64,000 bases of DNA. It comes from Paragordius varius. Lineage: Eukaryota > Animalia > Nematomorpha. The stretch covers positions 13,392,001-13,456,000 of the forward strand of contig OZ176053.1 of the NCBI GenBank assembly GCA_964247055.1, read 5' to 3'. Of the stretch, positions 44,500 through 56,315 are shown in pieces. The notes beneath the pieces were generated by a model. It saw nothing but the letters and a program-made list of their open reading frames with translations. It ran no database searches and had not been told where the DNA came from. Position numbers and translations under genes: made by a program. Each line of letters begins with the position of its first letter. The stretch's first letter is position 1.

Positions 44500-46600
44500 A
44501 TAGAGATTGTTTGACAAACTCTTTAATATCTGATTTTTACGAGCGATACTTTAAAAATTAATGTATAATTTAGCATACGACAATAAGCAAGTTAAACTTT
44601 GTCCTTAAAAATCGGATATTAGTCGCCGGTAAAGAAAATAATTTTTAATACATTCTCTTACTAGTACTACATCAAAATATACAGATAGTTTGACAAACTC
44701 TTTAATATCTGATTTTTAGAGCGATACTATAATTTAGCATACGACAATAAGCAAGTTAAACTTTGTCCTTAAAAATCGGATATTAGTCGCCGGTAAAGAA
44801 AATAATTTTTTATACTTTTTCTTAGTAGGACTACATCAAAAAATAGAGATAGTTTGACAAACTCTTTCATATCCGATTTTTACAAAGATACTTTTAAAAT
44901 TAATGTATAAAACTAATCGCATGAATACTCAAGTTAAACGTTGTCCTTAAAAATCGGATATTGTTCACCGGTGACCTAAATTATTTTTTATACATTCTCT
45001 TAGTAAGACTACATGAAAATATAGAGATAGTTTGACAAACTCTTTCATATCCGATTTTTACAACGATACTTTAAAAATTAATGTATAATTTAGCATACGA
45101 CAATAAGCAAGTTAAACTTTGTCCTTAAAAATTGGATTTTGGTCTCCGATAAACAAAATTATTTTTTATACATTCTCTTATTAAGACTACATCAAAATAT
45201 AGAGATAGTTTGACAAACTCTTTCATATCCGATTTTTACAACGATACTTTAAAAATTAATGTATAAAACTAGTCGCATCAATACTCAAGTTAAACTTTGT
45301 CCTTAAAAATCGGATATTGGTCACCGGTGAACAAAACTATTTTTTATACATTCTTTTAGTAAGACTACATGAAAATATAGAGATAGTTTGACAAACTCTT
45401 TAATATCTGATTTTTACAACGATACTTTAAAAATTAATGTATAATTTAGCATACGATAATAAGCAAGTTAAACTTTGTCCTTAAAAATCGGATATTAGTC
45501 GCCGGTAAAGAAAATAATTTTTTATACATTCTCTTAGTAGGACTACATCAAAAAATAGAGATAGTTTGACAAACTCTTTCATATCCGATTTTTACAACGA
45601 TACTTTTAAAATTAATGTATAAAACTAATCGCATGAATACTCAAGTTAAACTTTGTCCTTAAAAATCGGATATTGGTCACCGGTAAAGAAAATAATTTTT
45701 TATACATTCTCTTAGTAGTACTACATCAAAATATAGAGATAGTTTGACAAACTCTTTAATATCTGATTTTATAGCGATACTTTTAAAATTAATGTATATA
45801 ACTAGTCGCATCAATACTCAAGTTAAACTTTGTCCTTAAAAATCGGATATTGGTCACCGGTGAACAAAATTATTTTTTATACATTCTCTTAGTAAGACTA
45901 CATGAAAATATAGAGATAGTTTGACAAACTCGTTAATATCTGATTTTTACGAGCGATACTTTAAAAATTAATGTATAATTTAGCATACGACAGTAAGCAA
46001 GTTAAACTTTGTCCTTAAAAATCGGATATTAGTCGCCGGTAAAGAAAATAATTTTTTATACATTCTCTTACTAGTACTACATCAAAATATAGAGATAGTT
46101 TGACAAACTCTTTAATATCTGATTTTTAAAGCGATACTATAATTTAGCATACGACAATAAGCAAGTTAAACTTTGTCCTTAAAAATCGGATATTAGTCGC
46201 CGGTAAAGAAAATAATTTTTTATACTTTTTCTTAGTAGGACTACATCATAAAATAGAGATAGTTTGACAAAGTCTTTCATATCCGATTTTTACAAAGATA
46301 CTTTTAAAATTAATGTATAAAACTAATCGCATGAATACTCAAGTTAAACTTTGTCCTTAAAAATCGGATATTGGTCACCGGTGACCTAAATTATTTTTTA
46401 TACATTCTCTTAGTAAGACTACATGAAAATATAGAGATAGTTTGACAAACTCTTTCATATCCGATTTTTACAACGATACTTTAAAAATTAATGTATAATT
46501 TAGCATACGACAATAAGCAAGTTAAACTTTGTCCTTAAAAATTGGATTTTGGTCTCCGATAAACAAAATTATTTTTTGTACATTCTCTTATTAAGACTAC
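44500..46600 (+). repeat. 8-monomer duplication, period 1410 bp
   Basis: tacgagcg at 44538 and 45948, each followed by the 14-bp deletion gatactataattt, tacttttt and caaagatac. Confidence 0.8.
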
Positions 46601-49399
46601 ATCAAAATATAGAGATAGTTTGACAAACTCTTTCATATCCGATTTTTACAACGATACTTTTAAAATTAATGTATAAAACTAATCGCATGAATACTCAAGT
46701 TAAACTTTGTCCTTAAAAATCGGATATTGGTCACCGGTAAAGAAAATAATTTTTTATACATTCTCTTACTAGTACTACATCAAAATATAGAGATAGTTTT
46801 ACAAACTCTTTAATATCTGATTTTTAGAGCGATACTATAATTTAGCATACGACAATAAGCAAGTTAAACTTTGTCCTTAAAAATCGGATATTAGTCGCCG
46901 GTAAAGAAAATAATTTTTTATACTTTTTCTTAGTAGGACTACATCAAAAAATAGAGATAGTTTGACAAACTCTTTCATATCCGATTTTTACAAAGATACT
47001 TTTAAAATTAATGTATAAAACTAGTCGCATCAATACTCAAGTTAAACTTTGTCCTTAAAAATCGGATATTGGTCACCGGTGAACAAAACTATTTTTTATA
47101 CATTCTTTTAGTAAGACTACATGAAAATATAGAGATAGTTTGACAAACTCTTTAATATTTGATTTTTACAACGATACTTTAAAAATTAATGTATAATTTA
47201 GCATACGACAATAAGCAAGTTAAACTTTGTCCTTAAAAATCGGATATTAGTCCCCGGTAAAGAAAATAATTTTTTATACATTCTCTTAGTAGGACTACAT
47301 CAAAAAATAGAGATAGTTTGACAAACTCTTTCATATCCGATTTTTACAACGATACTTTTAAAATTAATGTATAAAACTAATCGCATGAATACTCAAGTTA
47401 AACTTTGTCCTTAAAAATCGGATATTGGTCACCGGTAAAGAAAATAATTTTTTATACATTCTCTTAGTAGTACTACATCAAAATATAGAGATAGTTTGAC
47501 AAACTCTTTAATATCTGATTATTATAACGATACTTTAAAAATTAATGTATAAAACTAGTCGCATCAATACTCAAGTTAAACTTTGTCCTTAAAAATCGGA
47601 TATTGGTCACCGGTGAACAAAACTATTTTTTATACATTCTAGTAAGACTACATCAAAATATAGAGATAGTTTGATAAACTCTTTCATATCCGATTTTTAT
47701 AACGATACTTTAAAAATTAATGTATAAAACTAGTCGCATCAATACTCAAGCTAAACTTTGTCCTTAAAAATCGGATATTGGTCACCGGTGAACAAAACTA
47801 TTTTTTATACATTCTAGTAAGACTACATCAAAATATAGAGATAGTTTGACAAACTCTTTCATATCCGATTTTTACAACGATACTTTAAAAATTAATGTAT
47901 AAAACTAGTCGCATCAATATTCAAGTTAAACTTTGTCCTTAAAAATCGGATATTAGTCGCCGGTAAAAAAAATCATTTTTTATACATTCTCTTAGTAGTA
48001 CTACATCAAAATATAGAGATAGTTTGACAAACTCTTTATCTGATTTTTAGAGCGATACTTTAAAAATTAATGTATAATTTAGCATACGACAATAAGCAAG
48101 TTAAACTTTTTCCTTAAAAATCGGATATTAGTCGCCAGTAAAGAAAATAATTTTTTATACATTTTCTTAGTAGGACTACATCAAAAAATAGAGATAGTTT
48201 GACAAACTCTTTCATATCCGATTTTTACAACGATACTTTTAAAATTATGTATAAAACTAATCGCATGAATACTCAAGTTAAACTTTGTCCTTAAAAATCG
48301 GATATTGGTCACCGGTGACCAAAATTATTTTTTATACATTCTCTTAGTAAGACTACATGAAAGTATAGAGATAGTTTGACAAACTCTTTCATATCCGATT
48401 TTTACAACGATACTTTATAAATTAAAGTATAAAACTAGTCGCATCAATACTCAAGTTAAACTTTGTCAAAAATCGGATATTGGTCACCGGTGAACAAAAC
48501 TATTTTTTATATATTCTTTTAGTAAGACTACATCAAAATATAGATATAGTTTCACAAACTCTTTAATATCTGATTTTTACAACGATACTTTAAAAATTAA
48601 TGTATAATTTAGCATACGACAATATTCAAGTTAAACTTTGTCCTTAAAAATCGGATATTTGTCACCGGTGAACGAAACTATTTTCTATACATTCTCTTAG
48701 AAGGACTACATCAAAATATAGAGATAGTTTGACAAACTCTTTCATATCCGATTTCTACAACGATACTTTAAAAATTAATGTATAAAACTAGTCGCATCAA
48801 TACTCAAGTTAACCTTTGTCCTTAAAAATCGGATATTGGTCACCGGTGAATAAAATTATTTTTTATACATTCTCTTAGTAAGACTGCATCAAAATATAGA
48901 CATAGTTTGACAAACTCTTTCATATCCGATTTTTACAACGATACTTTAAAAATTAATGTATAAAACTAGTCGCATCAATATTCAAGTTAAACTTTGTCCT
49001 TAAAAATCGGATATTGGTCACCGGTGAACAAAACTATTTTTTATACTTCTTTTAGTAAGACTACATCAAAATATAGAGATAGTTTGATAAACTCTTTCAT
49101 ATCCAATTTTTACAACGATACTTTAAAAATTAATGTAAAAAACTAGTCGGATCAATACTCAAGTTAACCTTTGTCCTTAAAAATCGGATATTGGTCACCG
49201 GTGAATAAAATTATTTTTTATACATTCTCTTAGTAAGACTACATCAAAATATAGAGATAGTTTGACAAACTCTTTCATATCCGATTTTTACAACGATACT
49301 TTTAAAATTAATGTATAAAACTAATCGCATCAATACTCAAGTTAAACTTTGTCCTTAAAAATCGGATATTGGTCACCGGTGAACAAAACTATTTTTTAT

Positions 49400-52000
49400 G
49401 GACTCTCTTAGTAAGACTACATCAAAATATAGAGATAGTTTGACAAACTCTTTCATATCCGATTTTTAGAGCGATACTTTAAAAATTAATGTATAATTTA
49501 GCATACGACAATATGCAAGTTAAACTTTGTCCTTAAAAATCGGATATTAGTCGCCGGTAAAAAAAATAATTTTGAATACATTCTCTTAGTAGGACTACAT
49601 CAAAAAGTAGAGATAGTTTGACAAATTTTTTCATATCCGATTTTTACAACGATACTTTAAAAATTAATGTATAAAACGAGTCGCATCAATACTCAAGTTA
49701 AACTTTGTACTTAAAAATCGAATATTGGTCACCGGTGAACAAAATTATTTTTTATACATTCTCTTAGTAGGACTAATCAAAATATAGAGATAGTTTGACG
49801 AACTCTTTCATATCCGATTTTTACAACGATACTTTAAATATTAATGTATAAAACTAATCGCATCAATACTCAAGTTAAACTTTGTCCTTAAAAATCGGAT
49901 TTTGGTCACCGGTGAACAAAACTATTTTTTGTACATTCATTTAGTAAGACTACATCAAAATATAGAGATAGTTTGACAAACTCTTTCATATCCGATTTTT
50001 ACAACGATACTTTTAAAAATGTATAAAACTAATCGCATCAATACTCAAGTTAAACTTTGTCCTTAAAAATCGGATATTAGTCGCCGGTAAAGAAAATAAT
50101 TTTGAATACATTCTCTTAGTAGGACTACATCAAAAAGTAGAGATAGTTTGACAAACTCTTTCATATCCGATTTTTACAACGATACTTTAAAAATTAATGT
50201 ATAAAACTAATCGCATCAATACTCAAGTTAAACTTTGTCCTTAAAAATCGGATATTTGTCACCAGTGAACGAAACTATTTTTTATACATTCTCTTAGTAA
50301 GACTACATGAAAATATAGAGATAGTTTGACAAACTCTTTCATATCCGATTTTTACAACGATACTTTAAAAATTAATGTATAATTTAGCATACGACAATAA
50401 GCAAGTTAAACTTTGTCCTTAAAAATTGGATTTTGGTCTCCGGTAAACAAAATTATTTTTTATACATTCTCTTTTTAAGACTACATAAATATAGAGATAG
50501 TTTGACAAACTCTTTCATATCCGATTTTTACAACGATACTTTAAAAATTAATGTATAAAACTTGTCGCATCAATACTCAAGTTAAACTTTGTCCTTAAAA
50601 ATCGGATATTGGTCACCGGTGAACAAAACTATTTTTTATGGATTCTCTTAGTAGGACTACATCAAAATATAGACATAGTTTGACAAACTCTTTCATATCC
50701 GATTTTTACAACGATACTTTAAAAATTTATGTATAAAACTAGTCGCATCAACACTCAAGTTAAACTTTGTCCTTAAAAATCGGATATTGGTCACCGGTGA
50801 CCAAAATTATTTTTTATACATTCTCTTAGTAAGACTACATGAAAATATAGAGATAGTTTGACAAACTCTTTCATATCCGATTTTTACAACGATACTTTAA
50901 AAATTAATGTATAATTTAGCATACGACAATAAGCAAGTTAAACTTTGTCCTTAAAAATTGGATTTTGGTCTCCGGTAAACAAAATTATTTTTTATACATT
51001 CTCTTATTAAGACTACATCAAAATATGAGATAGTTTGACAAACTCTTTAATATCTGATTTTTAGAGCGATACTTTAAAAATTAATGTATAATTTAGCATA
51101 CGACAATATGCAAGTTAAACTCTGTCCTTAAAAATCGGATATTAGTCGCCGGTAAAGAAAATAATTTTGAATACATTCTCTTAGTAGGACTACATCAAAA
51201 AGTAGAGATAGTTTGACAAATTTTTTCATATCCGATTTTTACAACGATACATTAAAAATTAATGTATAAAACTAGTCGCATCAATACTCAAGTTAAACTT
51301 TGTACTTAAAAATCGAATATTGGTCACCGGTGAACAAAATTATTTTTTATACATTCTCTTAGTAGGACTAATCAAAATATAGAGATAGTTTGACAAACTC
51401 TTTCATATCCGATTTTTACAACGATACTTTAAAAATTAATGTATAAAACTAATTGCATCAATACTCAAGTTAAACTTTATCCTTAAAAATCGGATATTAG
51501 TCGCCGGTAAAGAAAATAATTTTTTATACATTCATTTAGTAAGACTACATCAAAATATAAAGATAGTTTGACAAACTCTTTCATATCCGATTTTTACAAC
51601 GATACTTTTAAAATTAATGTATAAAAATCGCATGAATACTCAAGTTAAACTTTGTCCTTAAAAATCGGATATTAGTCACCGGTGACCAAAATTATTTTTT
51701 ATACATTCTCTTAGTAAGACTACATGAAAATATAGAGATAGTTTGACAAACTCTTTCATATCCGATTTTTACAACGATACTTTAAAAATTAATGTATAAT
51801 TTAGCATACGACAATATGCAAGTTAAACTTTGTCCTTAAAAATCGGATATTAGTCGCCGGTAAAGAAAATAATTTTGAATACATTCTCTTAGTAGGACTA
51901 CATCAAAAAGTAGAGATAGTTTGACAAACTCTTTCATATCCGATTTTTACAACGATACTTTAAAAATTAATGTATAAAACTAATCGCATCAATACTCAAG
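49400..52000 (+). repeat. ~9-monomer duplication, period ~1595 bp
   Basis: tgtacttaaaaatcgaat at 49706 and 51301, with caatatgcaag, ttttgaatac, aaaagtagag and ggactaatc in the same order. Confidence 0.75.
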
Positions 52001-54920
52001 TTAAACTTTGTCCTTAAAAATCGGATTTTGGTCACCGGTGAACAAAACTATTTTTTGTACATTCATTTAGTAAGACTACATCAAAATATAAAGATAGTTT
52101 GACAAACTCTTTCATATCCGATTTTTACAACGACACTTTTAAAAATGTATAAAACTAATCGCATCAATACTCAGGTTAAACTTTGTCCTTAAAAATCGGA
52201 TATTTGTCACCAGTGAACGAAACTATTTTCTATACATTCTCTTAGAAGGACTACATCAAAATATAGAGATAGTTTGACAAACTCTTTCATATCCGATTTT
52301 TACAACGATACTTTTAAAATTAATGTATAAAAATCGCATGAATGCTCAAGTTAAACTTTGTCCTTAAAAATCGGATATTAGTCACCGGTGACCAAAATTA
52401 ATTTTTATACATTCTCTTAGTAAGACTACATGAAAATATAGAGATAGTTTGACAAACTCTTTCATATCCGATTTTTACAACGATACTTTAAAAATTAATG
52501 TATAATTTAGCATACGACAATAAGCAAGTTAAACTTTGTCCTTAAAAATTGGATTTTGGTCTCCGGTAAACAAAATTATTTTTTATACATTCTCTTATTA
52601 AGACTACATCAAAATATAGAGATAGTTTGACAAACTCTTTCATATCCGATTTTTACAACGATACTTTAAAAATTAATGTATAAAACTAGTCGCATCAATA
52701 CTCAAGTTAAACTTTGTCCTTAAAAATCGGATATTGGTCACCGGTGAACAAAACTATTTTTTATGGATTCTCTTAGTAAGACTACATCAAAATATAGACA
52801 TAGTTTGACAAACTCTTTCATATCCGATTTTTACAACGATACTTTTAAAATTAATGTATAAAACTAATCGCATCAATACTCAAGTTAAACTTTGTCCTTA
52901 AAAATCGGATATTGGTCACCGGTGAACAAAATTATTTTTTATACATTCTCTTAGTAAGACTACATCAAAATATAGAGATAGTTTGACAAACTCTTTCATA
53001 TCCGATTTTTACAACGATACTTTAAAAATTAATGTAAAAAACTAGTCGTAAAATACTCAAGTTAAACTTTGTCGTAAATCGGATATTGGTCACCGGTGAA
53101 CAAAATTATTTTTTATACATTCTCTTATTAAGACTACATCAAAATATCGAGATAGTTTGACAAACTCTTTAATATCTGATTTTTAGAGCGATACTTTAAA
53201 AATTAATGTATAATTTAGCATACGACAATAAGCAAGTTAAACTTCCTTAAAAATCGGATATTAGTCGCCGGTAAAGAAAATAATTTTTTATACATTCTCT
53301 TAGTAGTACTACATCAAAATATAGAGATAGTTTGACAAACTCTTTAATATCTGATTTTTAGAGCGATACTACTTAAATTAATGTATAATTTAGCATACGA
53401 CAATAAGCAAGTTAAACATTGTCCTTACAAATCGGATATTGGTCTCCGTGAACAAAACTATTTTTTATACATTCTCTTAGTAAGACTACATCAAAATATA
53501 GAGATAGTTTGACAAACTCTTTCATATCCGATTTTTACAAAGATACTTTTAATATTAATGTATAAAACTAATCGCATCAATACTCAAGTTAAACTTTGTC
53601 CTTAAAAATCGGATATTGGTCACCGGTGAACAAAATTATTTTTTATACATTCTCTTAGTAAGACTACATGAAAATATAGAGATAGTTTGACAAACTCTTT
53701 CATATCCGATTTTTACAACGATACTTTAAAAATTAATGTATAAAACTAGTCGTATCAATACTCAAGTTAAACTTTGTCCTTAAAAATCGGATATTGGTAA
53801 CCAGTGAACAAAATTATTTTTTATACATTCTCTTATTAAGACTACATCAAAATATAGAGATAGTTTGACAAACTCTTTAATATCTGATTTTTAGAGCGAT
53901 ACTTTAAAAATTAATGTATAATTTAGCATACGACAATAAGCAAGTTAAACTTCCTTAAAAATCGGATATTAGTCGCCGGTAAAGAAAATAATTTTTTATA
54001 CATTCTCTTAGTAGTACTACATCAAAATATAGAGATAGTTTGACAAACTCTTTAATATCTGATTTTTAGAGCGATACTTTAAAATTAATGTATAATTTAG
54101 CATACGACAATAAGCAAGTTAAACATTGTCCTTAAAAATCGGATATTGGTCTCCGTGAACAAAACTATTTTTTATACATTCTCTTAGTAAGACTACATCA
54201 AAATATAGAGATAGTTTGACAAACTCTTTCATATCCGATTTTTACAACGATACTTTTAAAATTAATGTATAAAACTAATCGCATCAATACTCAAGTTAAA
54301 CTTTGTCCTTAAAAATCGGATATTGGTCACCGGTGAACAAAATTATTTTTTATACATTCTCTTAGTAAGACTACATGAAAATATAGAGATAGTTTGACAA
54401 ACTCTTTCATATCCGATTTTTACAACGATACTTTTAAAATTAATGTATAAAACTAATCGCATCAATACTCAAGTTAAACTTTGTCCTTAAAAATCGGATA
54501 TTGGTCACCGGTGAACAAAATTATTTTTTATACATTCTCTTATTAAGACTACATCAAAATATAGAGATAGTTGACAAACTCTTTAATATCTGATTTTTAG
54601 AGCGATACTTTAAAAATTAATGTATAATTTACCATACGACAATAGGCAAGTTAAACTTTGTCCTTAAAAATCGGATATTAGTCGCCGGTAAAGAAAATAA
54701 TTTTTATACATTCTCTAAGTAGTACTACATCAAAATATAGAGATAGTTTGACAAACTCTTTAATATCTGATTTTTAGAACGATACTTTAAAAATTAATGT
54801 ATAATTAGCATACGACAATAAGCAGGTTAAACTTTGTCCTTAAAAATCGAATATTGGTCTCCGGTGAACAAAATTATTTTTTATACATTCTCTTATTAAG
54901 ACTACATCAAAATATAGAGA

Positions 54921-54950
54921 TAGTTTGACAAACCCGGCGACTAATATCCG
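54921..54950. other. Strand-switch (inversion) junction at 54933/54934
   Basis: tagtttgacaaac|ccggcgactaatatccg: the forward monomer ends at ...gacaaac, followed by the reverse complement of ...cggatattagtcgccgg. No inserted bases or microhomology. Confidence 0.95.
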
Positions 54951-56270
54951 ATTTTTAAGGAAGTTTAACTTGCTTATTGTCGTATGCTAAATTATACATT
55001 AATTTTTAAAGTATCGCTCTAAAAATCAGATATTAAAGAGTTTGTCAAACTATCTCGATATTTTGATGTAGTCTTAATAAGAGAATGTATAAAAAATAAT
55101 TTTGTTCACCGGTGACCAATATCCGATTTTTAACGACAACGTTTAACTTGAGTATTGATACGACTAGTTTTATACATTAATTTTTAAAGTATCGTTGTAA
55201 AAATCGGATATGAAAGAGTTTGTCAAACTATCTCTATATTTTCATGTAGTCTTACTAAGAGAATGTATAAAAAATAATTTTGTTCACCGGTGACCAATAT
55301 CCGATTTTTAAGGACAAAGTTTAACTTGAGTATTGATGCGATTAGTTTTATACATTAATTTTAAAAGTATCGTTGTAAAAATCGGATATGAAAGAGTTTG
55401 TCAAACTATCTCTATATTTTGATGTAGTCTTACTAAGAGAATGTATAAAAAATAGTTTTGTTCACCGGTGACCAATATCCGATTTTTGACAAAGTTTAAC
55501 TTGAGTATTGATGCGACTAGTTTTATACATTAATTTTTAAAGTATCGTTGTAAAAATCGGATATGAAAGAGTTTGTCCAACTATCTCTATATTTTGATGT
55601 AGTCTTAATAAGAGAATGTATAAAAAATAATTTTGTTCGAGACCAATATCCGATTTTTAAGGACAAAGTTTAACTTGAGTATTGATGCGATTAGTTTTAT
55701 ACATTAATTTTCAAAGTATCGTTGTAAAAATCGGATATGAAAGAGTTAGTCAAACTATTTCTATATTTTGATGTAGTGTTACTAAAAGAATGTATAAAAA
55801 TAATTTTGTTCACCGGAGACCAATATCCGATTTTTAAGGACAAAGTTTAACTTGCTTATTGTCGTATGCTAAATTATACATTAATTTTTAAAGTATCGCT
55901 CTAAAAATCAGATATTATAGAGTTTGTCAAACTATCTCTATATTTTGATGTAGTCTTAATAAGAGAATGTATAAAAAATAATTTTGTTCACCGATCCCCA
56001 ATATCCGTTTTTTAAGGACAAAGTTTAACTTGAGTATTGATACGACTAGTTTTATGCATTAATTTTTAAAGTATCGTTGTAAAAATCGGATATGAAAGAG
56101 TTTATCAAACTATCTCTATATTTTGATGTAGTCTTACTAAGAGAATGTATAAAAAATAATTTTGTTCACCGGTGACCAATATCCGATTTTTAAGGACAAA
56201 GTTTAACTTGAGTATTGATGCGACTAGTTTTATACATTAATTTTTAAAGTATCCTTGTAAAAATCGGATA
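54934..56270 (-). repeat. Inverted ~1.34-kb block (~7.5 monomers) of left-array (AB-type) haplotypes
   Basis: Carries reverse complements of left-array variants: tttagcatacgacaataagc, ggtctcgaac, ggggatcggtg, tgtcaaaaatc, agtaacactac, aatatcgagat. Confidence 0.9.
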
Positions 56271-56315
56271 TTTAATACATTAATTTTTAAAGTATCGTTG
56301 TAAAAATCGGATATG
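56232..56315. other. Out-of-register junction at ~56270/56271 (43-bp partial duplication, equivalently ~135-bp deletion)
   Basis: atacattaatttttaaagtatc.ttgtaaaaatcggatat occurs at 56232 and again at 56275; junction reads cggatat/ttaatacatt. Confidence 0.9.

Larger units (their letters stand above)
1..54933 (+). repeat. 178-bp AT-rich tandem satellite array, forward orientation (~308 monomers; strand assignment is arbitrary)
   Basis: The same unit recurs continuously, e.g. caatactcaagttaaac at 781 and 959 (period 178). Monomer 5381-5558 is near-consensus. 49 of 178 consensus bases are G+C. No non-satellite interruption was seen. Confidence 0.99.
13951..54933 (+). repeat. Mixed A/B domain with a recurring 4-monomer core (two A-type plus two B-type monomers)
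   Basis: B-type monomers (ttaatatctgatttttagagcg, tttagcatacgacaataagc, agtcgccggtaaag or ggtctccgg) recur in pairs between A-type monomers, e.g. 15900-16600, 38000-40900, 53500-54900. Confidence 0.8.

Noticed and set aside
54689-55200. Sequencing fold-back chimera as the cause of the strand switch
   Set aside because: The right arm is not the mirror image of the adjacent left sequence; its variants match copies at ~53.1, ~35.6, ~30.6 and ~41-44 kb. Read support is still needed to exclude other misassembly.
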